A stretch of 32,000 nt of DNA, taken from contig NC_003272.1 of assembly GCF_000009705.1 (NCBI RefSeq), positions 4,230,001 to 4,262,000 of the forward strand, read 5' to 3'. Source of the stretch: Nostoc sp. PCC 7120 = FACHB-418 (GTDB taxonomy: Bacteria; Cyanobacteriota; Cyanobacteriia; Cyanobacteriales; Nostocaceae). Under the pieces are notes generated by a model. The model made no database searches. It had not been told where the DNA came from and saw only the letters and a program-made list of their open reading frames with translations. The position numbers and the translations under genes were made by a program. Each line of letters begins with the position of its first letter. The stretch's first letter is position 1. Below, piece by piece: positions 24,177 to 32,000 of this stretch.

Positions 24177-25223
24177 TTAATTCTGCATGACGGCATCTAA
24201 TAAAACATCAGCACCAAAGCGGACGACATCAGTGCAAGGTAAACCGGTTTCTGCTATTGTGTGAGCGATCGCCTCTTTGGCTGCATACTCATCTAAATGG
24301 GCTGTATTCAAAGCTATACCTACCACAGGCACAGTCCCAAAAGCCCCCCCTGCACTAGCTACAGTTTCATACAGCCCAATTACTTCTGGTAACGGCGGAA
24401 TCGGTACATGGGGATTATTGCCGTTGTGAGTCTGTCCGGCGCGGTGTACTAGTACCAATTGGGTGGGTTGGGAACCACGAATCAGAGGTAAGGTAGCTGT
24501 AGAACCAGGATGTAGTAAGGAACCTTGCCCTTCAATGTGCAAGATGTCATAGTTTTTGCCATAACGCATCACCATCTGTTCCACAGCACCAGCCGCAAAA
24601 TCTACCCGCACCGCATCCAAGGCGATACCATCACCTTCCAACATCACACCAGTTTGCCCTGTAGCCAAAAACTTAGAACGCCAACCCCGCAATTTTGCCG
24701 CCCAATGTAACTCTAAACTGGTGGACATTTTGCCAATCGCCATATCAGTTCCCACCGTCAACACCCGCCGACAGGGTAAAGTCCGAGCTGCACCGCTAGC
24801 AACTTCTAAATTCGCTGGTTCTTTGCGGACATCCCAAATTAATTGTCCTGGTTGGAGGAGGGCATTTAAATCAGGGATATTTGCCAAGGGTGTATGTAAG
24901 CCATTTACCAATGACATCCCCGCTTGCAGCGCAGTTTTCAGTTCTATCCAGTAATCATCTGGTATACCACCACCTTTGGGGGCAATACCAATAACTAAAA
25001 CTTGAGGTTTATATTCCAATGCTGCTGCTACTGAGTTGACAATCGGGACATCACGCTTAATCCCTGTAATTTCTCTTAAGGATTTGCCTGCACAGTTGCG
25101 GTCAATTACGGCGACAATAGAGGCTTCACTGTAGCGTAAAAGTGCTAGCCCGGTTTTGCCCACAGTTCCAGTAGTTCCTTCATGTAGCAGAATTGCTACT
25201 CGTTGATTAAGTGGCAGACGCAC
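24177..25223 (-). CDS. DUF1611-family protein (DgcN-like N-acetyltransferase family)
   Basis: GTG start. Blocks VGTDMAIGKMSTSLEL, ATGQTGVML, DFAAGAVEQ, IEGQGSLLHPGS and LVLVHRAG are colinear with my memory of DUF1611. Confidence 0.75.
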   Translation of the reverse strand: MRLPLNQRVAILLHEGTTGTVGKTGLALLRYSEASIVAVIDRNCAGKSLREITGIKRDVPIVNSVAAALEYKPQVLVIGIAPKGGGIPDDYWIELKTALQAGMSLVNGLHTPLANIPDLNALLQPGQLIWDVRKEPANLEVASGAARTLPCRRVLTVGTDMAIGKMSTSLELHWAAKLRGWRSKFLATGQTGVMLEGDGIALDAVRVDFAAGAVEQMVMRYGKNYDILHIEGQGSLLHPGSTATLPLIRGSQPTQLVLVHRAGQTHNGNNPHVPIPPLPEVIGLYETVASAGGAFGTVPVVGIALNTAHLDEYAAKEAIAHTIAETGLPCTDVVRFGADVLLDAVMQN

Positions 25224-26259
25224 TATATCTTACCCCCAAGCCTGGTAAATCGTTTGGTATCACTCGCCCTTCTTTTAATAATGCACCAGTGAAAGGGTCA
25301 TCACTTAAGTTAAGGTGACTGTCTAAGTCTAAATAATCAGCTAATGGCGCTAATTGCGCCGCAGCCGTATTGGATAATGTACTGTCAGAATAACAGCCGA
25401 ACATCACTTGTAACCCACAAGCTTTAGCTGTGTGTACCATCCGCAGCGCCTCAGTTAAACCCCCAGATTTCATCAATTTGATATTGATGCCATCCACATA
25501 AGTAGCCAAACGGGGAATATCTTTACTGTTAAAGCAACTTTCATCCACAAATATCGGTAGGGGGGATTTTTCTTTCAGTTTGATTAAATCTTGTTCTCGC
25601 CCCCTAACTAGCGGCTGTTCAATATACTTAATACCTAAATCAGCCAGCCAACTGCACATTTCTACCGCATCGTCCAAATACCAACCCCCGTTGGCATCCA
25701 CAAAAAATTCTTGTGCTGGTGCTTCTTGCTGCACAGCTAAGAGCATCTTCTTGTCTGCTTCAATACCATCAGGACTGCCTAACTTCACTTTCAACAGGCG
25801 AACATCCGTAAATTCTAACCAGTCTCTTGTCCGTATTCTGGCGGCTTCTGGTGTATCAATACCAATGGTAACAGAAGTTGGTACTATAGCCTGGCGATCT
25901 AGTCCCCAGATTTGCCATAAAGGTAAACCCACAAACTTACCCAGCCAGTCGTGCATCGCCATATCCAGCGCCGCCCTCACTGCGGAAGGAACCTGATATT
26001 TAATAAATACTTCCTCTATTTCCTGTCGCTGCAACGGGCTAAATGGTTCTAAGAATGGCACAATTTGCTGCAAGTAGTCATTGATGACATTAGTTGATTG
26101 TCCATAATTACCCACACCAAACGGTGAAGCCTCACCCCAGCCTTCGATGTCATCATGTAGAATTTTCACCCAGACATTTGTAGTCTTTGCTGTAGTGCCA
26201 CGACTAATAGTCAAGGGAAATCTTTTATTGACCGTGAACAAAATGACTTCTACCTGCAT
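25207..26259 (-). CDS. Enolase-superfamily dipeptide (L-Ala-D/L-Glu-type) epimerase or N-acyl amino acid racemase
   Basis: I prefer the ATG at 26259 (MQVEVILF...) to the tracked start at 26304. Catalytic blocks LKVKLG, FVDANGGW, IEQPL, FVDESC, INIKLMKSGG. Confidence 0.85.
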   Translation of the reverse strand: MQVEVILFTVNKRFPLTISRGTTAKTTNVWVKILHDDIEGWGEASPFGVGNYGQSTNVINDYLQQIVPFLEPFSPLQRQEIEEVFIKYQVPSAVRAALDMAMHDWLGKFVGLPLWQIWGLDRQAIVPTSVTIGIDTPEAARIRTRDWLEFTDVRLLKVKLGSPDGIEADKKMLLAVQQEAPAQEFFVDANGGWYLDDAVEMCSWLADLGIKYIEQPLVRGREQDLIKLKEKSPLPIFVDESCFNSKDIPRLATYVDGINIKLMKSGGLTEALRMVHTAKACGLQVMFGCYSDSTLSNTAAAQLAPLADYLDLDSHLNLSDDPFTGALLKEGRVIPNDLPGLGVRYSASAT

Positions 26260-26530
26260 AACAACGCTCAATCTTTGCTGAGAGCAAAAACAGTGTAAAT
26301 ACAAAGTTTAGCTTATTTGAGGTATCTGTTATACTTTTTTACATTCATTAGGGAACACAAAAATAAATTATTCCACATTGACGGTTAGTAGAGTGCGTCA
26401 GTATGAATAATTTCTTGGTACAGCTAGGTTTTATTGCACTGAAGCACCCTACATTTTAGATATTTTTCATCTAAAAATCCCTTGATGAGTGGATGAAAAT
26501 TTAAATATTAAGTCGTAAATAAATGAATCT

Positions 26531-27085
26531 ATGAGTAAATTACAAAAATGGCAAATATTAAACTCTAAAATGGTCTTGGATCATCCTTGGTGTCAAGTTA
26601 GGCAGGATGAAGTTAAATTACCAAATGGTACAGTAATAGATGATTATTTCGTCAATATTAGGCCAGATATTGTCCTAGTATTGCCGATTACTGCTAATAG
26701 AGAAGTTATATTTGTACGTCAATACAGACATGGGACGGGAGATTTCTTTTTAGAACTGCCAGCCGGCAGATTTAATCCCACACAAGAAAGTGCTGAAAAT
26801 GCAGGCTTGAGAGAATTGGAAGAAGAAACTGGTTATATTGCTCAACAACTAATCAAAATTGCCACACTATACGATAATCCTAGTAAAGACACTAATCAAA
26901 TTCATTTATTTTTAGCAGAAGATGTAGTTAAAGTTGGAAAGCAAAATTTAGATATTACAGAGGAAATAGAAATTATTTTAATTCCTGTTGATTCAGTCTT
27001 AGAGAAAATTACTCAAGGTGAAATTTCAGTGGCTGGAAGTATAGCAGCTTTATTTTTAGGGTTAAATTTTGTTACTGATAAGTAA
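26531..27085 (+). CDS. NUDIX hydrolase (ADP-ribose pyrophosphatase-like)
   Basis: Nudix box GRFNPTQESAENAGLRELEEETGY. Confidence 0.9.
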   Translation: MSKLQKWQILNSKMVLDHPWCQVRQDEVKLPNGTVIDDYFVNIRPDIVLVLPITANREVIFVRQYRHGTGDFFLELPAGRFNPTQESAENAGLRELEEETGYIAQQLIKIATLYDNPSKDTNQIHLFLAEDVVKVGKQNLDITEEIEIILIPVDSVLEKITQGEISVAGSIAALFLGLNFVTDK

Positions 27086-27093
27086 TTAATGTA

Positions 27094-27143
27094 AGATAAA
27101 ACCCTGACAAAACAAGGCTTTCAAGTCTGTCAACAGTCAACAG
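27094..27143. repeat. 43-bp dispersed repeat, copy B, followed by CAACAGT (STRR3-type) x2
   Basis: agataaaaccctgacaaaacaaggctttcaagtctgtcaacag, then tcaacag. Lies between the convergent nudix and antiporter gene ends. Confidence 0.85.
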
Positions 27144-27148
27144 CCATA

Positions 27149-28870
27149 TCATCTCCTCGGTCGGATACTACGATATCTGTCGGTGCGAATATCAGAGATA
27201 ACTGTGTCAATCTGACTTTTTGCTTCTCCTAAAGTGGATAGGAGATGTGCGCTTAATTCTAGGGCGGCTTCAAATTCTGGTTGAACGACTTCCTTTGCAC
27301 CCATTTGTGTGAGCAGATCAATTTCATTGTCATGGTGCGATCGCGCAATTACATCTAATTTAGGGGCGATCGCTAATGCTCGTTTTAGAAGTAATCGTGA
27401 ACTGGCAGGATCAGGTAAGGCAATTGCTAGGGCTTTGGCAGTTTCTAAATGGATTTTTTCTAACACTAGCTCGGAATCAGCATCTCCAAAAATGTAGGGG
27501 ATGCGCTGCATTCTCAATCTTTGAATGGCAGCTTCACTGTTTTCAATTACTAAGACTACATATCCCTGATTGAGCAAAATATTGACAATCACTTGCCCGA
27601 CTCTTCCGTAACCTGCAACCACAACATGACCACTAATGGTTTCTGGAATAGAGAGGATGTTGGGTTCTGTAAATTGTCGCAGTGATTGGGCAAAAAACGG
27701 AATCTGGGTGAGACGTTCTATCAACTGGGGTGCAATATTCAGCGATATGGGAGTGAGAACTAGTGTGATTGCGGTTGTCTCTAAGAGTAAAATATAGGTT
27801 TTTTCAGGAATCAGTTGGAGTTGTAAACCTGCCAAAGCCAGAACAAAGGAAAACTCTCCAATCTGATTAATTCCCAAACTGGTAAGGATAGTAGTTTTGA
27901 GGGAGTAGCCAAATTTTAAAATGATTGGCATTACAACAATTGCCTTACCCAACATGACTAAAGTGACCAGTCCCAAAACTAGACCCAAATTTTGCATGAG
28001 TGCAATTGGATCGATCAGCATCCCAATAGAAGCAAAGAATAGACAAGCAAAGGTATCTCTTAACGGTAAAACTTTGGCAAGAGCATGATCCGCATGGTCG
28101 ATTTCCGAAACCATTAACCCGGCCACAAATGCACCCATTTCGATAGAAAGTCCAAGTTTTGCTGTCACCAAGGCCACACTCAAACATAAAGAAATTACGG
28201 TTAAAACAAATAACTCTGTACTTTCTGTAGCTGCTACATTACTGATTAACTTCGGCACTATCCAACGACCCAAGGCGATCGCCAATGCTAAAAATAGCAA
28301 AACTTTCAGCAAAGCTATGCCTAATGCCCAGACAAGTCTTTCTGGTTGGTTGAGGACAGGTAAAAAAGCTAATATTAATCCCAGTGCTAAATCCTGAGCA
28401 ATTAAAATTGCTAGCATGACTTGACCGTGGAGCGTATTTGTTTCACCTCGTTCTCCCAAAGTTTTCAAGACTACTGCTGTGGAAGAAAGAGAAAGAACCA
28501 CCCCTAAAAAAATGCCTTGCGTCAAGTTATCAACCCAGCCCAACGTAATTGTTAAAAATGCCACCAAAGCTGTAGTTAGACCAATTTGCAACAGGCTACC
28601 GTTAATAGCAATATTCTTGACCCGCCTCAACTCTGTTAAGGAAAATTCCACACCTAGAGCAAACAACAAAAAAGCTACACCAATTGACGCTAGAGATTGA
28701 ATACGTGGTACATCACTTAACAACTTCAACCCATAAGGCCCTAGAGCCAATCCAGTCACTAAATAACCCAGCAAAACAGGTTGCCGCAATCGGTTAGCTA
28801 AGTATCCGCCTAAAGCTGAAGCACCGAGAACAGTTGTAAAGTCCAGAATCAAGCCATGCTCTGCTGCCAT
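27149..28870 (-). CDS. CPA2-family cation:proton antiporter (Kef-type) with a C-terminal RCK/TrkA-N domain
   Basis: About 12 hydrophobic segments, followed by the Rossmann motif VVVAGYGRVGQ. Confidence 0.9.
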   Translation of the reverse strand: MAAEHGLILDFTTVLGASALGGYLANRLRQPVLLGYLVTGLALGPYGLKLLSDVPRIQSLASIGVAFLLFALGVEFSLTELRRVKNIAINGSLLQIGLTTALVAFLTITLGWVDNLTQGIFLGVVLSLSSTAVVLKTLGERGETNTLHGQVMLAILIAQDLALGLILAFLPVLNQPERLVWALGIALLKVLLFLALAIALGRWIVPKLISNVAATESTELFVLTVISLCLSVALVTAKLGLSIEMGAFVAGLMVSEIDHADHALAKVLPLRDTFACLFFASIGMLIDPIALMQNLGLVLGLVTLVMLGKAIVVMPIILKFGYSLKTTILTSLGINQIGEFSFVLALAGLQLQLIPEKTYILLLETTAITLVLTPISLNIAPQLIERLTQIPFFAQSLRQFTEPNILSIPETISGHVVVAGYGRVGQVIVNILLNQGYVVLVIENSEAAIQRLRMQRIPYIFGDADSELVLEKIHLETAKALAIALPDPASSRLLLKRALAIAPKLDVIARSHHDNEIDLLTQMGAKEVVQPEFEAALELSAHLLSTLGEAKSQIDTVISDIRTDRYRSIRPRR

Positions 28871-29024
28871 ATTTCTTTGTTGTTGATCAACTATTCAGTT
28901 CTGAAAATATCTTTGCGTTGGTTCTTTCGTTATGTATCAATTTTTGACTGCAACTAAAGTTGCTTAGATTATTTCCCTCTCAGTACTCTCCCTGACTGAG
29001 TTTCCCACATACCAGGAGTCTACT

Positions 29025-29495
29025 ATGAAAATACGATTATTTCATCTACAAGATGCGGAACAGATAGCACACCTATTCCACCAAACAGTACGTGAAGTTA
29101 ATATCAGGGACTACTCGAATAATCAAGTCAGAGCATGGGCCCCAGATAATATTCACTTTAGGGACTGGGCAAAAATTTGTTCAGAACGATTTACTTACGT
29201 TGCTGATGATCAAGGAGTGATTGCAGGTTTTGGTGAGTTAGAGTTAAACGGACATATAGACTGCTTCTACTGCCATAAAAATTATCTAGGGATGGGCGTG
29301 GGTAGGAAAATTTATTCGGCAATTGAGACTAAAGCTGATGAATTAGGAATTAATCGCTTGTACACCGAAGCAAGCATTACTGCCAAGTCGTTTTTTCTGC
29401 ATATGGGGTTCTCCATTATCAGAGAACAGCAGGTGGAACGTAGAGGAGAATATTTTGTAAATTTCGCAATGGAGAAGTTTTTAATTGGTTACTGA
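29025..29495 (+). CDS. GNAT-family N-acetyltransferase
   Basis: AGGAG 7-11 nt upstream of the ATG. Acetyl-CoA motif A region YLGMGVGRKIY. 156 aa. Confidence 0.85.
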   Translation: MKIRLFHLQDAEQIAHLFHQTVREVNIRDYSNNQVRAWAPDNIHFRDWAKICSERFTYVADDQGVIAGFGELELNGHIDCFYCHKNYLGMGVGRKIYSAIETKADELGINRLYTEASITAKSFFLHMGFSIIREQQVERRGEYFVNFAMEKFLIGY

Positions 29496-29527
29496 ATTCT
29501 CTCCTTCTGGGTGGCTGTCTTTAATTT

Positions 29528-29674
29528 TGTAGCGCTTGCGCTTCCCGTACCCCTACGGGGAAGCAAGCTACGCGTAGCATCTCCAAAGGAGAAGGGTATT
29601 TTGTTGGCGTAGCCTACTCTGCGAGTTATCCGCAGGAGTAGCCGTAGGCTATTTTGAATTTTGAATTTTGAATT
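29528..29674. repeat. Cluster of Nostoc-type short dispersed repeats, ending in tandem heptamer ATTTTGA x3
   Basis: cccgtacccctacggggaag hairpin, gctacgcgtagc, ctactctgcgag, gccgtaggc, then attttgaattttgaattttga (29651..29674). Confidence 0.75.
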
Positions 29675-29677
29675 GAT

Positions 29678-31480
29678 TCAATCTTCCAATTCTTTACTCA
29701 AACTGTAAATTTTCTGTGTCTCCAACTCATTACTTACAGAAGAAGGTAATTTATCAGGTGAAATCGTTTGCCTGTCTAGTTGGACTTGCAAATTACTGAG
29801 GGGATCACTACCAGGAGAAATCAAAAATTCAAGTTTCTGGACGTAAGGTAGAGTTGCTAGGTTATCGAGAATTGGCAAAATTGCTTGTACGTAGGGATGA
29901 CCGCTTTGGCTATACCAATCACAACTAGCGACTTTTTCTTGGTCAAACCCTAAGTGTACTGTCAAAGATGGCTTGTCGAAAAGAGCGATCGCCAATGGTC
30001 GGGCTTCTTCCTGTAACAATAAATCATAGCCTCTAACTAAATGCCGCAGTTTCTCTAAACGTTCATAGCGTTTTGTCACCAATTGCGGGTCATCTTGCCA
30101 GTGAATAGCTACAGTTACGAGGTAAGTCTGCAAAAGCATATGACCGAGTTTTTTCGCCTTGGTCGCCAAGTAATAGGAATTATAATCGTTGGCTTCAATG
30201 AGTAATGGCAGGCGGTCAACTACTTCCAACCCATACCCTTTTACCCCGGCAATTTTCCGGGGATTATTAGTAATCAGGCGAATCTTTTTCACGCCCAAAT
30301 CCATAAGCATTTGCGCTCCCATGCCATAATCACGCAAGTCTGCGGGGAAACCCAAGCGCTCGTTAGCTTCCACTGTATCCAGTCCCATATCCTGTAAAGA
30401 ATAGGCTTTAAGTTTGTTAATTAAGCCAATTCCTCGTCCTTCTTGCCTTAGGTAGACAACCACACCTTGACCAGCAGTTTCAATCATTTTCAAGGCAGCT
30501 TGTAACTGCATCCGACAATCGCAGCGTAAAGAACCCAACGCATCACCTGTTAAACATTCTGAGTGCATCCGCACCATCACAGGTTCATCTCGAAAGTTCT
30601 CAGGATTGCCCTTGACAATGGCGACGTGTTCTGTATTGTCGAGGGTGTGGCGATAGGCGTAGATGTCAAACTGACCGAATTGACTGGGTAGTTTAGTGAC
30701 TACTTCACGATATACCAGGCGATCGTGTTGCAGGCGATAACTAATTAAATCAGCAATACTAATAATTTTCAGGTTGTGGTGTTTGGCATATTCAATTAAC
30801 TGTTGTAATCTCGCCATTGAACCATCGGGGTTTTGAATTTCACAAATCACCCCAGCCGGGTACAATCCAGCCAAGCGAGATAAATCAACCGCCGCCTCTG
30901 TATGCCCTGCGCGTTTCAGTACTCCGCCAGCTTTAGCCCGTAAAGGAAAAATATGACCAGGACGACGCAAATCTGAAGGTTTGGTGGCTGGGTTGAGTGT
31001 AATCTGAATTGTTCGCGCCCGGTCTTCGGCTGATATACCAGTAGATACTCCCAAATGGGGGCTAGCATCAATACTGACAGTAAAAGCTGTCTGGTTGGGG
31101 TCGGTGATATTTGTCACCATCAATGGTAGATCGAGTTCATCGAGGCGATCGCCTGTCATTGCTAAACAAATCAACCCTCTTGCTTCCACCGCCATAAAAT
31201 TAATCATGTCAGGTGTGGCAAATTGGGCAGCACAAATCAAATCGCCTTCATTTTCTCGATTTTCATCATCTACCACTACAATGGCACGACCGGCTTTTAA
31301 ATCTGATAAGGCAGCATCAATAGAATCAAACATAAACTTTTCGGTTGAAGAGGCAAATATCTGAGGAACAACACCCGTGCCAGGGTTCTCCCCGTTCAGG
31401 GGATTAGTTGAGGACTGCTGTGTATTTTTAGGTTGTGACACAGAGGATTTTGAGCCAGGGATAGTAAATTTTCTTAACAA
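29678..31480 (-). CDS. ribBA: Bifunctional 3,4-dihydroxy-2-butanone-4-phosphate synthase / GTP cyclohydrolase II, with a ~150-aa C-terminal extension
   Basis: RibB block [13 protein letters not shown] ... GHTEAAVDL. RibA block [18 protein letters not shown] ... [10 protein letters not shown] ... ITNNPRKI. The tracked start is a TTG at 31480. An ATG at 31333 (MFDSIDAAL) is an equally plausible start. Confidence 0.92.
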   Translation of the reverse strand: MLRKFTIPGSKSSVSQPKNTQQSSTNPLNGENPGTGVVPQIFASSTEKFMFDSIDAALSDLKAGRAIVVVDDENRENEGDLICAAQFATPDMINFMAVEARGLICLAMTGDRLDELDLPLMVTNITDPNQTAFTVSIDASPHLGVSTGISAEDRARTIQITLNPATKPSDLRRPGHIFPLRAKAGGVLKRAGHTEAAVDLSRLAGLYPAGVICEIQNPDGSMARLQQLIEYAKHHNLKIISIADLISYRLQHDRLVYREVVTKLPSQFGQFDIYAYRHTLDNTEHVAIVKGNPENFRDEPVMVRMHSECLTGDALGSLRCDCRMQLQAALKMIETAGQGVVVYLRQEGRGIGLINKLKAYSLQDMGLDTVEANERLGFPADLRDYGMGAQMLMDLGVKKIRLITNNPRKIAGVKGYGLEVVDRLPLLIEANDYNSYYLATKAKKLGHMLLQTYLVTVAIHWQDDPQLVTKRYERLEKLRHLVRGYDLLLQEEARPLAIALFDKPSLTVHLGFDQEKVASCDWYSQSGHPYVQAILPILDNLATLPYVQKLEFLISPGSDPLSNLQVQLDRQTISPDKLPSSVSNELETQKIYSLSKELED

Positions 31481-31775
31481 TTTCTTATTCTAAATTGTAG
31501 CTCGTTTATACGGCGGAGATATAGACTAGCAATGTTTTGATAACGAGGAGAAATTTATGTCGCTAAAATTGGGGTTTAATACTAGAGTCCCTGAGTGCTG
31601 AGTTCTGAGTACAACACTAAGGACTAGAGATTATGATCTTTGGCTCAAAACTCTGCACACTGCTCAACCCCAGCTACCACTAACGGAACTCAGTATACAT
31701 AACTCATCACTCACCATAAGTTCTATAGTTAATAGCTGATCACAGATTAACCAAAAACGGATAAGGATTTGAAAA

Positions 31776-32000
31776 ATGGGCAATTTTGGACGCGTACCCG
31801 TTGGGATTGTTGGCGCGTCAGGCTATGGTGGGGTACAGTTAGTCCGATTACTGATGGATCATCCAGAAATCGAACTAGTTTATTTAGGTGGTGAGAGTAG
31901 TGTAGGTAAATCTTTTGCATCTCTCTACCCCCATTTAGCTCATGCAGTTAAATTATCAATTGAAGAAGTAGACCCAGAAGTGATTGCGCGTCGCTGTGAA
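31776..32000 (+). CDS. argC: N-acetyl-gamma-glutamyl-phosphate reductase (5' part, runs off the window)
   Basis: My translation is [42 protein letters not shown]... This is the canonical ArgC N-terminal NAD(P) fold. Confidence 0.88.
   Translation, partial: MGNFGRVPVGIVGASGYGGVQLVRLLMDHPEIELVYLGGESSVGKSFASLYPHLAHAVKLSIEEVDPEVIARRCE

Noticed and set aside
7000-27136. That the truncated GNAT arose from an inversion between the two 43-bp inverted repeats.
   Set aside because: An inversion would place the missing GNAT 5' half next to copy B. The sequences flanking 27094-27136 are the intact 3' ends of the nudix and antiporter genes.
31481-31775. Possible FMN riboswitch or sRNA in the 295-nt ribBA / argC divergent spacer.
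   Set aside because: I recognised no conserved FMN-element blocks on the ribBA strand. The region contains only a short CTGAGTG/T-like repeat and no terminator-like hairpin. Only a covariance-model scan could settle this.

Overview
This window looks like core chromosome of a heterocyst-forming cyanobacterium of the Nostoc/Anabaena PCC 7120 type. The evidence is roughly 28 copies of the HIP1 octamer GCGATCGC, many tandem heptamer (STRR-type) arrays and Nostoc-style short dispersed repeats between genes, and the gene content. About 30 genes are supported, mostly housekeeping: purD, a Hik33/NblS-like histidine kinase, folB, sufE, a ThiO-ThiG fusion, citramalate synthase, a CruA-like flavoprotein, RtcB, tRNA-Ala(CGC), ribBA and argC. 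I see no compact accessory island: no CRISPR array, transposase, defence operon, toxin-antitoxin pair or biosynthetic cluster. The most notable observations are non-coding or architectural. (1) G-tract (quadruplex-type) clusters begin 0-6 nt after stop codons on the sense strand at four gene ends, and only one classical terminator is visible in the window. (2) A near-perfect Fur-family (Zur-type) palindrome sits in front of a His-rich PEP-CTERM protein. (3) A 59-aa Psb34-like gene is missing from the ORF track. (4) A 5'-truncated GNAT gene abuts a 43-bp repeat whose inverted copy lies 20 kb away. (5) Heptamer repeats are embedded in frame in a CDS, and a G8 run lies inside a TPR gene. All protein calls rest on motif recognition by eye. 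No database search or folding computation was run.
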